Sequence record: SRR22947725_4814 | Reading direction: 5' to 3' (one strand) | DNA: 43,301 nt | Part shown: piece after piece, positions 29,258-40,002 of the stretch | How the letters are laid out: every line of letters begins with the position of its first letter | Position numbering within the stretch: position 1 is the stretch's first letter | The notes under the pieces: model-generated | The model's database searches: none | Told to the model about the DNA's origin: nothing | The model's input: only the letters and a program-made list of their open reading frames with translations | Made by a program: the position numbers and the translations under genes

Positions 29258-31108
29258 TCACTCCACCGTCACGCTCTTTGCCAAGTTTCTCGGCTGGTCA
29301 ACATCGAGGCCCTTGGCGCTGGCAAGCTCGAGGGCGAATATCTGCAGCGGTAGCACAGCAAGCTGCGCCGCCATAAAGGGGTGCGTCTGGGGGATGAAGA
29401 AGACCTCGTCAGCACTCTTACCGACTGCGCTGTCCCCTTCCTCTGCAATAGCAATGACCTTGGCCCCTCTTGCCTTAATCTCCTGAATGTTCGAGACCAC
29501 CTTGGGGTGGAGGGAATCCTCGCCATTTGGTGAGGGCACCACAACAATTACAGGCTGGCCCTGCTCGATTAGCGCAATTGGGCCGTGCTTGAGCTCTCCA
29601 GCAGCAAAGCCCTCAGCATGGATATAGGCGAGCTCCTTGAGCTTTAGTGCACCCTCCATCGCAATCGGGAAGCCCACGTTGCGACCTAGGAAGAGAACGG
29701 ACTTGGCGTCTTTCAATTCCTTGCCAAGCTCCCTCATGCGCTCAACGGACTCGAGGACCTGCTTGACCATTCGGGGGAGCTTTAGAAGCTCCAGGCCAAG
29801 CTCCTTTAGGGCCTCTTGGTCCATAGCTCCGCGCTGCCAGGCAAGCGACAGGGCGACTAGCTGACCCGCGGTGATTTGCGCGGTGAAGGCCTTGGTCGAT
29901 GCCACTGCGACCTCGGGACCTGCGTGGGTATAGATGGTGGCATCGGATTCCCTAGCGAGAGTGGCACCCTGGGTATTGCAGATCGAAAGCACCTTCGCTC
30001 CGCGTTCTTTGGCGTAGCGAACAGCCATCAGCGTGTCCATGGTCTCTCCGGACTGACTGATTGCAATAACGAGCGTTTGCTCGTCAATAATTGGGTCTCG
30101 ATAGCGGAACTCATGGGCAAGCTCAACGCTGGTGGGAATCTTTGCCCACTTCTCAATTGCATACTTGGCAACCTCACCGGCATAGGCCGCGGTGCCGCAG
30201 GCGATGATGGTTATGCGGTTGACCTCACTGAGCCGGTCTAGACCGGCAAACTCGCTGAGCTTTACCGAACCATCCGAGGCGAGGCGACCCATGAGGGTGT
30301 CGCCCACAGCCTGAGGTTGATCCGCAATCTCCTTGGCCATGAACGAGGGCCAGCCGCCCTTGGATGCCGCAGATGCGTCCCAGTCAACGGTGAATTCGTC
30401 CGGTGTCACCTCTTCCCCTGAGAAGGTAGTGACCTTGACCGAGTCCTGCCTCAGCTCAACCAGTTGATCCTGTCCCACCGACACCGCACGCTTGGTGTGT
30501 GCCACAAAGGCCGCAACATCGCTACCAAGGAAGTTCTCACCTTCACCTAGGCCAATAACCAACGGGGAGTTTCGCCTTGCAGCAAGCACCAGATCCTTTT
30601 GGTCCTCGTGGATGCAGAGCAAGGTAAAGGCACCCATCAACCTGTTCACAACTGCCCTAAATGCAGCGGTTAGGTCGCCGGTTTTCTCATACTCTCTTGC
30701 GACAAGGTGGGCAGCAACCTCGCTGTCGGTCTCCGAGCTGAACTTGACCCCGGCTTCTTGAAGCTCAGCCTTGAGCTCCGAAAAGTTCTCAATGATGCCG
30801 TTGTGGATAAGGGAAAGCTTGAGGTGTTCACCGCCTAGATGCGGGTGGGCATTGGTATCCGTTGGAGCACCATGGGTTGCCCAGCGGGTGTGGCCAATAC
30901 CGATGTGTGCATCTGTGATTGGCGACTTTTCGAGATCTTCAACCAGTACCGAGAGCTTTCCTGCGCGCTTTCTAGTTTGCAGCCCTGCATCTTGATCAAT
31001 TACCGATACGCCAGCGGAGTCATAGCCTCGATATTCCAGGCGCTTTAGGCCACCCAGCAAAACATCAAGTGTTGACCCCGGGCCCACGTAGCCCACGATT
31101 CCACACAT
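29258..31108 (-). CDS. glmS: Glutamine-fructose-6-phosphate aminotransferase
   Basis: Motifs MCGIVG, LEYRGYDSAG, GHTRWATHG, SQSGET, ALKLKE, PRNLAKSVTVE. Confidence 0.99.
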   Translation of the reverse strand: MCGIVGYVGPGSTLDVLLGGLKRLEYRGYDSAGVSVIDQDAGLQTRKRAGKLSVLVEDLEKSPITDAHIGIGHTRWATHGAPTDTNAHPHLGGEHLKLSLIHNGIIENFSELKAELQEAGVKFSSETDSEVAAHLVAREYEKTGDLTAAFRAVVNRLMGAFTLLCIHEDQKDLVLAARRNSPLVIGLGEGENFLGSDVAAFVAHTKRAVSVGQDQLVELRQDSVKVTTFSGEEVTPDEFTVDWDASAASKGGWPSFMAKEIADQPQAVGDTLMGRLASDGSVKLSEFAGLDRLSEVNRITIIACGTAAYAGEVAKYAIEKWAKIPTSVELAHEFRYRDPIIDEQTLVIAISQSGETMDTLMAVRYAKERGAKVLSICNTQGATLARESDATIYTHAGPEVAVASTKAFTAQITAGQLVALSLAWQRGAMDQEALKELGLELLKLPRMVKQVLESVERMRELGKELKDAKSVLFLGRNVGFPIAMEGALKLKELAYIHAEGFAAGELKHGPIALIEQGQPVIVVVPSPNGEDSLHPKVVSNIQEIKARGAKVIAIAEEGDSAVGKSADEVFFIPQTHPFMAAQLAVLPLQIFALELASAKGLDVDQPRNLAKSVTVE

Positions 31109-31138
31109 GACCCCTAATCTACGGCAGAATAGCCCCTT

Positions 31139-32086
31139 GTGAGTGCAGCGCAGCGGCCCCAGAGCCGCTCCCCCTACGTATCTATCGATAGAGCGGACTG
31201 GTCTGATCTGGCTGGCTCATCGTCGCTGCCGCTCACCGAGGACGAACTGAGAAACATCCGCGGCCTAGGCGATTTACTCGACCTGCAAGAGGTGAGTGAG
31301 GTCTACCTCCCCGTTAGCGAGCTGCTCAGCATCTATGTGAAGCAGGCGCAGCTGCTGCATGGCAACACTGTGGAGTTTTTTGGTGAGAGGGCTGCCAGAA
31401 CGCCGTTTATCATCGCCGTGGCAGGCTCGGTTGCCGCGGGTAAGTCCACAGTCTCCAGGCTGCTCAAAGAGCTAATGCAGCGCTGGGAGGGTATTCCAAA
31501 CGTGGAGCTGGTGACTACCGACGGCTTCCTCTACCCAAACAGCGAGCTAGAGAAGCGCGGTCTTATGGAGCGTAAGGGCTTCCCGGAGAGCTACGACCGC
31601 AAGAAGCTTTTGGAATTTGTTGCCGACATCAAGTCTGGAAAGAGCGAGATTCAGGTTCCGGTCTACTCACACCTCACCTACGACATCGTCGAGGGAGAAT
31701 TTGTCACTGTCACCACCCCTGATGTGCTGATCGTTGAAGGGCTAAACCTCCTACAGCCACCAGCTCCTGGTCAAGAGGTTGCGCTCAGCGACTACTTTGA
31801 CTTCAGCATCTACATTGACGCCGACCCAAAAAATTTGGAGAAGTGGTACCTGGCACGTTTTGCTCAGCTGTGGTCAACAGCATTTACCAACCCCCGGTCC
31901 TATTTCCATGACCTAACAAAAAACCTCACCGAGGAGCAGGCCATGGACAGAGCTCAGGGCTTCTGGAGAAACATAAATTTGGTAAACCTGAGGGAAAACA
32001 TCGAACCCACTCGCTCACGCGCCACCCTTGTCATGCACAAGGGCGATGAGCACCGGGTTGAAAAGGTGCTGCTCAGAAAAATCTAG
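31139..32086 (+). CDS. coaA: Type I pantothenate kinase
   Basis: Motifs [46 protein letters not shown]. Confidence 0.96.
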   Translation: MSAAQRPQSRSPYVSIDRADWSDLAGSSSLPLTEDELRNIRGLGDLLDLQEVSEVYLPVSELLSIYVKQAQLLHGNTVEFFGERAARTPFIIAVAGSVAAGKSTVSRLLKELMQRWEGIPNVELVTTDGFLYPNSELEKRGLMERKGFPESYDRKKLLEFVADIKSGKSEIQVPVYSHLTYDIVEGEFVTVTTPDVLIVEGLNLLQPPAPGQEVALSDYFDFSIYIDADPKNLEKWYLARFAQLWSTAFTNPRSYFHDLTKNLTEEQAMDRAQGFWRNINLVNLRENIEPTRSRATLVMHKGDEHRVEKVLLRKI

Positions 32087-33426
32087 AGGGCGAGCTTTTC
32101 GGCGACAAGATTTGCGATGCGCTCGGCCCAGCTCTGGGCGCTGCCCTGATCTTTGGCCTCAACCATTACCCTGACAAGAGCTTCGGTGCCAGAAGCACGA
32201 AGCAGCACTCGGCCATTTTCTCCGAGCTCCGCCTTTGCCTGGTCCACAAGCTCTGCCAGATCCGGATTGCCTGCAAGAGCGGACTTGTCGACATCTGGCA
32301 CGTTGATGAGAACCTGTGGGTAGGTGTCCATCACGGACGCCAACTCACTTAGGGGCTTGCCAGTCTCCACCATTCTGGCCGCTAGCTGAAGTCCTGTGAG
32401 AACGCCGTCACCGGTGGTCGCATATTGACTAAAGATGATGTGCCCGGACTGCTCGCCACCAAGTGCGTAGCCTCCGGAGCGCATCTCTTCGAGCACGTAG
32501 CGGTCACCAACCGCGGTCTCAAGCATCTTGATGCCCGCCTCTTTCATGGCCACCTTCAGCCCAAGGTTTGACATGACAGTTGCGACAAGAGTGTCCCGGC
32601 TGAGTTTCCCGGCATCCTTCATGGCAAGGGCAAGAATCGCCATTATGTGATCACCATCGATAACCCGGCCGCTTTCGTCAACGGCGAGGCAGCGATCGGC
32701 ATCGCCATCGTGGGCAATACCAAGAGCAGCTCCGTGTTCAACCACGGCAGCCTGAAGGGCAGACAAATGAGTTGAGCCATAACCGGAATTTATGTTGGTG
32801 CCGTCTGGGTCGGCCCCAATAACGACCACCTTCGCGCCCGCATCACTGAGGGCCTGAGGAGATATGGCGCTGGCTGCGCCGTGTGCGCAGTCAACAACGA
32901 CCTTCATGCCATCGAGCTTGGTCTCAAGTGTGCCGAGGAGGTGCACGAGGTACCTATCCTCTGCATCTGCAAACCTGGTCACCTTGCCAACCTCGCCACC
33001 CAATGGTGTGAGGCTCTGGCCCATGGCGCTTTCAATCTCGTCTTCTAGTGAGTCTGGGAGCTTGTGGCCACCGTGAGAGAAAAACTTGATGCCGTTGTCA
33101 GGTGCAGCGTTGTGGCTTGCCGAAATCATGACTCCGAAGTCAGCGCCAAGATCGGCCGTCAGGTAAGCGCAGGCTGGGGTCGGAATCACGCCGGCATCAA
33201 AGACGTCAACGCCGGAGGATGCAAGGCCTGCTGACACAGCTGCCGAGATGAAATCTGAGGAGACTCTTGGGTCCTTAGCGATTACCGCCCTCGGGCGTTC
33301 TCCACGCTCTCTGGCCCCAGCTGCCAAGACAACCGCTGCCGCCTGAGCCAGGCGCAGCGAAAAGTCAGCGGTGATGTCTTTGTTCGCTGTGCCGCGAACG
33401 CCATCGGTGCCAAAAAGCCTGGCCAT
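32083..33426 (-). CDS. glmM: Phosphoglucosamine mutase
   Basis: Motifs [15 protein letters not shown] (phospho-Ser), DGDADR, GGEQSGH, RASGTE. Confidence 0.98.
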   Translation of the reverse strand: MARLFGTDGVRGTANKDITADFSLRLAQAAAVVLAAGARERGERPRAVIAKDPRVSSDFISAAVSAGLASSGVDVFDAGVIPTPACAYLTADLGADFGVMISASHNAAPDNGIKFFSHGGHKLPDSLEDEIESAMGQSLTPLGGEVGKVTRFADAEDRYLVHLLGTLETKLDGMKVVVDCAHGAASAISPQALSDAGAKVVVIGADPDGTNINSGYGSTHLSALQAAVVEHGAALGIAHDGDADRCLAVDESGRVIDGDHIMAILALAMKDAGKLSRDTLVATVMSNLGLKVAMKEAGIKMLETAVGDRYVLEEMRSGGYALGGEQSGHIIFSQYATTGDGVLTGLQLAARMVETGKPLSELASVMDTYPQVLINVPDVDKSALAGNPDLAELVDQAKAELGENGRVLLRASGTEALVRVMVEAKDQGSAQSWAERIANLVAEKLAL

Positions 33427-33435
33427 GGCGGAAGC

Positions 33436-33939
33436 TTAACGCTTGGAGAACTGGGAGGCCTTGCGAGCCTTCTTGAGTCCAGCCTTCTTGCTCTCGATTA
33501 CACGAGAATCGCGGCTTAGGAATCCAGCCTTCTTCAGCGTCGGACGGTTGTTGTCAGCGTCGATCTGGTTCAGTGCACGGGAGATGCCGAGACGAAGCGC
33601 TCCGGCCTGTCCTGCAATGCCACCACCATCGATACGAGCAACTACGTCGTAGGCGCCCTGCAGCTCCAAAACCTTGAACGGGTCGGTGATTAGCTGCTGG
33701 TGAAGCTTGTTTGGGAAGTAGTCCTCGAAGGTGCGGCCGTTTACCGTGATCTTGCCGGTTCCAGGTGCGATTCGAACCCTGGCGACAGCCTCCTTGCGGC
33801 GACCGGTGCCAGCGCCTGGCTGGGTTAGCTCGCCACGAGAGCGAACCTTCTTCTCAACCGGAGCACTCTCGGTGCTGTAGGTGGTGACCTCGGCCTCTGC
33901 CTCGGTCGCCTGGGTCTCTACTACGTCGTTTTCAGCCAA
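33436..33939 (-). CDS. rpsI: 30S ribosomal protein S9
   Basis: Motifs [39 protein letters not shown]. Start moved to TTG 33939 (AAGGA ribosome-binding site after the rplM stop). Confidence 0.97.
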   Translation of the reverse strand: MAENDVVETQATEAEAEVTTYSTESAPVEKKVRSRGELTQPGAGTGRRKEAVARVRIAPGTGKITVNGRTFEDYFPNKLHQQLITDPFKVLELQGAYDVVARIDGGGIAGQAGALRLGISRALNQIDADNNRPTLKKAGFLSRDSRVIESKKAGLKKARKASQFSKR

Positions 33940-33949
33940 GTTCTTTTCC

Positions 33950-34393
33950 TTACTGGGCAATCTGATCGATAACGAAAGTCTTTGGCTGCTGCGCCTCGTG
34001 TGGGTGCTCGCTGCCGGAGTAAACCTTGAGCTTCTTCAGCATCTGGTCCCCGAGAGAGTTCTTTGGAAGCATTCCGCGAATAGCCTTCTCGACAGCCTTC
34101 TCTGGGCTCTTTTCAAGTAGTTCTGCATAGCTGGTAGCGGTTAGACCACCTGGGTAACCGGAGTGGCGGTAGGCCATCTTCTGGGTCAGCTTGGAACCGG
34201 TAAGCGCAACCTTCTCGGCGTTGATGATGATTACAAAGTCACCGTTGTCCATGTGGTTTGCATAAGTTGGCTTGTGCTTGCCGCGCAGCAGGGTGGCTGC
34301 CTGGGATGCTAGGCGTCCTAGCACCACGTCGGTGGCGTCAATGACTAGCCACTCGTGGCTCAGCTCGCTGGCCTTTGGCGAATAAGTACGCAC
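33950..34393 (-). CDS. rplM: 50S ribosomal protein L13
   Basis: Motifs [28 protein letters not shown]. Confidence 0.99.
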   Translation of the reverse strand: MRTYSPKASELSHEWLVIDATDVVLGRLASQAATLLRGKHKPTYANHMDNGDFVIIINAEKVALTGSKLTQKMAYRHSGYPGGLTATSYAELLEKSPEKAVEKAIRGMLPKNSLGDQMLKKLKVYSGSEHPHEAQQPKTFVIDQIAQ

Positions 34394-34478
34394 GCTAAAT
34401 TACCTCGTAGTTTCTTTTTGAGTGATTCCGCAGACTTATGCGGTTTCAAACCGCTCGGCAAAGCCGAACCAAGGAGCA

Positions 34479-34507
34479 AGTCTAGGGGTTTTGAACCCCA
34501 TGGTCAA
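34479..34507 (-). promoter_or_regulatory. rplM-rpsI promoter
   Basis: TTGACC (34502-34507, containing the truA TGA stop)-N17-TAGACT (34479-34484). Confidence 0.8.
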
Positions 34508-35367
34508 ACAGAAATATCCTCGTCTGAACGCAGGTTTCTAGCCTTCTCCGCCTGCGCTGCAAGCTGATTGTCCTCGGGGTATTGAACATCGTCCAAGGAC
34601 AGCCCCCGAGGATCAACAACCTTGAACTTGCTGGTTCTTTTTGCGGCCTTCGTAATCTCAGCCAACTCGTCCATGGAAAGCTTGCCCTCGCCCACCGCAA
34701 TCAAGGCCCCAACAATGGACCTGACCATGTTGTGACAGAAGGCATCTGCACTAAGTGTCACCAAGAGCCGGCCATCCTGCTCCCGCAAAACACTCAGCTG
34801 CCTGAGCTCTCGGATAGTGGTTGCGCCCTCTCTGGGCTTGCAAAAAGCACCAAAGTCTCGAAGCCCAACCAGCGACTTACCTGCCGCATCCATCAGCGTC
34901 TCATCGAGCCCCCGGGGAACAGAAAGGACATACCTAGCCTGCTTTGGATCTGGTTTGCAGGCTGGGTCGGCTATTCCGAAGTGGTAGGTGCGGCCGGTTG
35001 CACTAAATCGGGCATCGAAACCATTAGGGGCTTCAAGAATCTCAATTATCGCGACATCCTCTGGCAACAAACCATCCAGCCGCGAAGCCGAAAATGGAGC
35101 TCTTCCGAGTCGAACCAGCTGCTCCCGAGTTATGTCGATGTGGCAAACCTGAAACCCTGCGTGCACGCCGGCATCGGTCCTGCCAGCAACCCGCATCCCA
35201 AAATCATCAGCGCTGGGTCCAAAGATTGTGCTCAGGGCACTTAGCAGCTCACCCTGAACAGTTCTCAGTCCAGGCTGTTTGGCCCAGCCCACAAAGTCTG
35301 TGCCGTCATAGGCGAGGTTGATCCGGAAACGAGTAAGCCCGCCGGGCAAACCAGCGGGCGTACTCAT
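34504..35367 (-). CDS. truA: tRNA pseudouridine(38-40) synthase
   Basis: Motifs AYDGTDFVGW, AGRTDAGVHA (catalytic Asp), FDARFSA, AFCHNMVR. Start moved to ATG 35367 (AGGA ribosome-binding site). Confidence 0.95.
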   Translation of the reverse strand: MSTPAGLPGGLTRFRINLAYDGTDFVGWAKQPGLRTVQGELLSALSTIFGPSADDFGMRVAGRTDAGVHAGFQVCHIDITREQLVRLGRAPFSASRLDGLLPEDVAIIEILEAPNGFDARFSATGRTYHFGIADPACKPDPKQARYVLSVPRGLDETLMDAAGKSLVGLRDFGAFCKPREGATTIRELRQLSVLREQDGRLLVTLSADAFCHNMVRSIVGALIAVGEGKLSMDELAEITKAAKRTSKFKVVDPRGLSLDDVQYPEDNQLAAQAEKARNLRSDEDISV

Positions 35368-35380
35368 GAATTGATCCTGT

Positions 35381-36079
35381 TTAGGCCTTTGGCTCTTCCT
35401 CGGCTGCAGGCTCCTCAGGAGCCGCCTCCTCAGCAGGAGCCTCTTCGCTTGCTGCCTCTGCAGCAGGCTCTTCAGCTGCTGCTTCTTCAGCAGGGGCCTC
35501 TTCAGCAGGTGCTTCAGCTTCGGCTGCAGTAGCCTCTTCTGCTGGCGCATCCTCAGCAGGAGCTTCGGCTGCAGGGGTCTCTTCAACTGGTGCCTCGGCA
35601 GGAGCTTCCGCAACTGCCTCCACCTGCTCCTCAACCGCTTCCGCTGCTGGCTCTTCAGCCGGTGCAGTGGTAGCAACGTTGTTTGTGAGCTTGACCTTAT
35701 TGGTCTTTGGCTTTGGGGTTACTGGGTCTAGAACGAGCTCGATCATTGCCATCGGGGCATTGTCGCCCTTGCGGTAGCCGAGCTTGACAATGCGGGTGTA
35801 TCCGCCTTGGCGGTCCTGCACCTGAGGTGCAATCTCAGCGAATAGCTGGTGAACCACGGTCTTGTCGAGAATCTGCTGCATGACCCTGCGACGCGAGGCG
35901 AGGTCGCCACGCTTTGCAAAGGTCACTAGGCGCTCAGCAATCGGACGTAGACGCTTGGCACGAGTCTCGGTCGTGGTGATCTTGCCGTGCTTGAACAGGC
36001 TGGTTGCCATGTTGTTTAGCATTAGGCGCTCGTGAGCTGGTCCGCCTCCGAGACGTGGGCCCTTTGTTGGGGTAGGCAT
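35381..36079 (-). CDS. rplQ: 50S ribosomal protein L17 with a long acidic C-terminal tail
   Basis: Motifs [35 protein letters not shown], then an A/E/P-rich tail. Confidence 0.98.
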   Translation of the reverse strand: MPTPTKGPRLGGGPAHERLMLNNMATSLFKHGKITTTETRAKRLRPIAERLVTFAKRGDLASRRRVMQQILDKTVVHQLFAEIAPQVQDRQGGYTRIVKLGYRKGDNAPMAMIELVLDPVTPKPKTNKVKLTNNVATTAPAEEPAAEAVEEQVEAVAEAPAEAPVEETPAAEAPAEDAPAEEATAAEAEAPAEEAPAEEAAAEEPAAEAASEEAPAEEAAPEEPAAEEEPKA

Positions 36080-36098
36080 TTGTTTCTCCTTGCGCTAC

Positions 36099-37088
36099 TT
36101 AGATCTGGTCTTCGTCGAAGCCGCCACCGAAGTATGCGGAGTCGAAGCCTGGGACGGCATCCTTGAAACGTAGGCCCATGCTGGTGAGCTTGTCGCGAAC
36201 CTCATCGACAGACTTCGAGCCAAAGTTACGGATGTTCATTAGCTGATCCTCGCTCAGTGCAATGAGCTCGGAAACTGTGTTGATGCCCTCACGCTTGAGG
36301 CAGTTGTAGGAGCGAACGGTTAGGTCCAGGTCCTCAATCGGGGTGGAGAGCTCGTTCGAGGCGGCTAGCTCGACTGGAGCTGGACCAATCTCGATACCCT
36401 CGGCCTCTTCGTTTAGCTCCTTGGCAAGGCCAAACAGCTCAACGAGGGTGGCGCCTGCAGAAGCAACCGCGTCCTTAGGGGCCATTGAGCTCTTGGTCTC
36501 GACGTCCACGACCAACTTGTCGAAGTTGGTGAACTCACCGGCACGAGTTGCCTCGACGCGGTATGAAACCTTAAGTACTGGGGAGTAGATGGAGTCAACC
36601 GGAATTACTCCAGCCTCTGCATCAGGGTTGCGGTTCTGGCTTGCCTGGACGTAGCCGCGGCCACGCTCAATGATGAACTCGACCTCCAGCTTGCCCTTGG
36701 TGTTCAGGGTCGCGAGAACTAGGTCTGGGTTGTGAACCTCGACACCTGCTGGAACCTGAATGTCGGCTGCGGTTACAGGACCCGCAGCGGACTTGGACAG
36801 GTGAGCAACTACGGGGGCGTCGTGCTCCGAGGAGACAACGAGGTTCTTGATGTTCAGGATTACCTCAACAACGTCCTCTTTCACACCGGGGATGGTGGAG
36901 AACTCGTGGCTCACGCCCTGAATTCGGATGTTGGTGACCGCTGCGCCTGGAATCGAGGAGAGCAGGGTGCGGCGGAGGGAGTTTCCTAGGGTGTAGCCGA
37001 AGCCTGGCTCCAGTGGGTCCAGGATAAAACGTGAACGATTGTCGCTGATTACTTCTTCGTGAAGGGTGGGGCGCTGTGCAATTAGCAC
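36099..37088 (-). CDS. rpoA: RNA polymerase alpha subunit
   Basis: Motifs [42 protein letters not shown]. Confidence 0.99.
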   Translation of the reverse strand: MLIAQRPTLHEEVISDNRSRFILDPLEPGFGYTLGNSLRRTLLSSIPGAAVTNIRIQGVSHEFSTIPGVKEDVVEVILNIKNLVVSSEHDAPVVAHLSKSAAGPVTAADIQVPAGVEVHNPDLVLATLNTKGKLEVEFIIERGRGYVQASQNRNPDAEAGVIPVDSIYSPVLKVSYRVEATRAGEFTNFDKLVVDVETKSSMAPKDAVASAGATLVELFGLAKELNEEAEGIEIGPAPVELAASNELSTPIEDLDLTVRSYNCLKREGINTVSELIALSEDQLMNIRNFGSKSVDEVRDKLTSMGLRFKDAVPGFDSAYFGGGFDEDQI

Positions 37089-37181
37089 TATTTGGTTCCT
37101 TTCGTCTGAGTACCCGCTATTTGATACTCGTCGGGGCTTGATCCGGTTGGGCTGACCGAATCTGTGGGTTTAAGTTTTTGG

Positions 37182-37586
<405 letters not shown>

Positions 37587-37614
37587 TATTTAGTCCTAGA
37601 CCTTCCTGCCGCGA

Positions 37615-37992
37615 CTAGCGGGCTGCCTTCTTCTTGCCGGCGACCGTGCGCTTCGGACCCTTACGGGTTCTTGCGTTGGTCTTGGTGCGCTGACCGCGGA
37701 CTGGAAGTCCCTTGCGGTGGCGAATTCCTTCGTAGGAGCCAATCTCGACCTTGCGGCGGATGTCGGCTGCGACCTCACGGCGAAGGTCACCCTCTACCTT
37801 GTAGTCCTTTTCGATGACATCACGCAGCGCGACCAGCTGGTCGTCTGTTAGGTCCTTGACCCTGATGTCCTCTGAGATTTTGGTGGCCTTCAGAATCTCG
37901 CTTGAGCGAGTGCGGCCAATACCGAAAATGTAGGTAAGTGAAATAACCACTCGCTTCTCGCGAGGGATATCGACTCCTGCTATACGTGCCAT
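37615..37992 (-). CDS. rpsM: 30S ribosomal protein S13
   Basis: Motifs [34 protein letters not shown]. Confidence 0.99.
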   Translation of the reverse strand: MARIAGVDIPREKRVVISLTYIFGIGRTRSSEILKATKISEDIRVKDLTDDQLVALRDVIEKDYKVEGDLRREVAADIRRKVEIGSYEGIRHRKGLPVRGQRTKTNARTRKGPKRTVAGKKKAAR

Positions 37993-38013
37993 TTTTGATT
38001 GCTCTCCATGTTT

Positions 38014-38097
38014 TAGAAGGTCTTCGGCATCACAATCCCGCTCTGGCGGAGAGGGCCCCGGCCTTCTACCGAGGGTTAGCTTTCGCTCTGTGCTGCC
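38014..38097 (-). ncRNA. Structured cis leader of rpsM (multibranch fold plus pseudoknot), probable ribosomal-protein leader
   Basis: Outer stem 38088-38097/38026-38035, an AGC-GAAA-GCU hairpin, and a CCUCGG/CCGGGG stem whose loop UAGAAGG is complementary to CCUUCUA (38014-38020) next to the ribosome-binding site. Confidence 0.65.
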
Positions 38098-38129
38098 CTA
38101 TTGCTATTTAGTTGTTGGGTGCTGCTGGC

Positions 38130-38243
38130 CTAGCCCTGGCGCTGCTTGTGACGAGGGTTCTCGCAAATCACCATTACGCGGCCATGACGACGAATGATCT
38201 TGCACTTGTCGCAAATCTTCTTGACGCTCGGGTTAACCTTCAT
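38130..38243 (-). CDS. rpmJ: 50S ribosomal protein L36, zinc-ribbon (C+) form
   Basis: Below the ORF-track cutoff. Translation [37 protein letters not shown]. Confidence 0.99.
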   Translation of the reverse strand: MKVNPSVKKICDKCKIIRRHGRVMVICENPRHKQRQG

Positions 38244-38254
38244 GATCTTTCTTT

Positions 38255-38476
38255 CTACTTGTAGCGGTAGATAATGCGGCCTCGGGTCAGGTCGTAGGTC
38301 GACAACTCAACAATCACGCGGTCCTCCGGGAGGATACGGATATAGTGCTGTCGCATTTTTCCCGAGATGTGGGCTAAAACTATGTGTCCGTTGGTTAGCT
38401 CTACCCGAAACATTGCGTTCGGGAGCGCCTCAACGACCGAACCCTCGATCTCGATTACGCCGTCTTTGTTGGCCAT
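38255..38476 (-). CDS. infA: Translation initiation factor IF-1
   Basis: Motifs [29 protein letters not shown]. Confidence 0.99.
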   Translation of the reverse strand: MANKDGVIEIEGSVVEALPNAMFRVELTNGHIVLAHISGKMRQHYIRILPEDRVIVELSTYDLTRGRIIYRYK

Positions 38477-38596
38477 GCACTCACTTCACTACTTTTTAGC
38501 GTCACGAACACGCGAAAGCCCAACGAAAAGAAAGGTTTTTCACGTAAGAAACGCCAAGGGACAATACTAGGGGGAAACTTGGGCGAATGCTAGTGG

Positions 38597-39421
38597 CTAA
38601 TCCAAAGAAATTGGGGTAATTCCAAAGGGGGCGAGCTTCTCTTTGCCACCATCAACTTCGGTGAGTACCCAGATGCCGCCCGAGTGCCTTGCAACGCTGT
38701 GTTCCCAGTGGGCTCCGTCCGAGCCATCCATGGTCTCAACGGTCCAATCATCGTCCTGGATAAAGGTCTGCTGATCGCCTGCGGTGATCATTGGTTCAAT
38801 CGCGATACACATCCCAGCCTCGACCTTTGGTCCGGCGTCTTTGGTGCGGTAATTGAACACGGCCGGATCCTCATGCATGGTCCTGCCGATGCCGTGGCCG
38901 ATGTATTCCTGCAAGATGCCGTAGGGGCCCTTTGACTTTATGTGCTGCTCAACGGCGATGCCGACCTCGTTGAGCCTTGATGCTCCGGCAAAGGCGGCAA
39001 TCCCGGCCCAAAGGGAACCCTGACAAACATCGGACTGAACCTGACGCTGAACAGAAAGATCTGAGGTATCACCTGGAACGACAATTGAAAATGCACTGTC
39101 TCCGTTCCAGCCATCGACCTCAGCGCCGCAGTCCACCGATAGCAAATCCCCTGCCTCAAGTTTGCGATTTGAAGGGATGCCATGGACAACCGCGGAGTTT
39201 ATTGACGCGCAAATGGTGTGGTAGTAGCCAGGAACTAGCTGAAAGTTGGGGATTCCGCCGCCGTCTCTGATGGTCTGCTCTGCGATTTGATCGAGCTCCA
39301 AGGTGGTGACGCCTGGCCTGACAGCGTCCCGAACAGCACCTAGAGCCTTGGCTGTAAGTAGTCCAGCAACCCGCATCTTGCGGATATCGTCATCGGTTTT
39401 GAGTTCGAAGCGCTTTCGCAT
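38597..39421 (-). CDS. map: Type I methionine aminopeptidase
   Basis: Motifs VVHGIP, SVDCG, GDSA, GHGIG, AIEPM, AHWEHS. Confidence 0.97.
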   Translation of the reverse strand: MRKRFELKTDDDIRKMRVAGLLTAKALGAVRDAVRPGVTTLELDQIAEQTIRDGGGIPNFQLVPGYYHTICASINSAVVHGIPSNRKLEAGDLLSVDCGAEVDGWNGDSAFSIVVPGDTSDLSVQRQVQSDVCQGSLWAGIAAFAGASRLNEVGIAVEQHIKSKGPYGILQEYIGHGIGRTMHEDPAVFNYRTKDAGPKVEAGMCIAIEPMITAGDQQTFIQDDDWTVETMDGSDGAHWEHSVARHSGGIWVLTEVDGGKEKLAPFGITPISLD

Positions 39422-40002
39422 TAGGAAACTAGGCCGCGGGCATCCAGGACCTCAATGATCCGGTTTGTGACATCGGCAATTTCACCCAATCCATTGACCT
39501 TGGCAACCAAAGAGCGTGAGGCGTAGATATCGATTAGCGGCGCTGTCTGCTCCTCGTAGACGTCAAGCCTGCGCTTTATGACCTCTGGGGTGTCATCGCT
39601 GCGACCCTGCTCCTGTGCCCTGCCGGAGAGCCTGCGAAGAAGCTCCTCAGAGTCCGCGGTTAGCTGGACAACGACATCGAGCTTCTTCTCGGTTTCCTCG
39701 AGGATGTCATCAAGCTCTTCGACCTGGTCGATAGTTCTTGGGTAGCCATCCAGTAGGAAGCCCGCTACTGCATCTTCTTGGTTTAGGCGATCGCGCACCA
39801 GCGCATTGGTCAGAGAATCTGGAACATACTCGCCGCGATCCATAAAGGCTTTCGCCTCAAGACCAAGCGGGGTCTCGTTGCGGACGTTCTCACGGAAGAT
39901 GTCTCCGGTGGAGATGGCTGGAATCCCGAAGTGCTGCGCCAGCAGTGCTGCCTGGGTTCCCTTGCCAGCTCCCGGAGGGCCGATCAAGAGTATGCGGATC
40001 AC
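39421..40002 (-). CDS. adk: Adenylate kinase, short-LID type
   Basis: Motifs GPPGAGKGTQ, ISTGDIFR, LLDGYPR, GRSDD. Confidence 0.98.
   Translation of the reverse strand: MIRILLIGPPGAGKGTQAALLAQHFGIPAISTGDIFRENVRNETPLGLEAKAFMDRGEYVPDSLTNALVRDRLNQEDAVAGFLLDGYPRTIDQVEELDDILEETEKKLDVVVQLTADSEELLRRLSGRAQEQGRSDDTPEVIKRRLDVYEEQTAPLIDIYASRSLVAKVNGLGEIADVTNRIIEVLDARGLVS

Noticed and set aside
34582..35244. 220-aa + strand ORF
   Set aside because: Entirely antisense to truA and has no family features.
35368..35676. Long Q/L/R-rich N-terminal extension of the 390-aa truA ORF
   Set aside because: It is an alternative-frame reading of the rplQ low-complexity tail; truA has its own ribosome-binding site and ATG at 35367.
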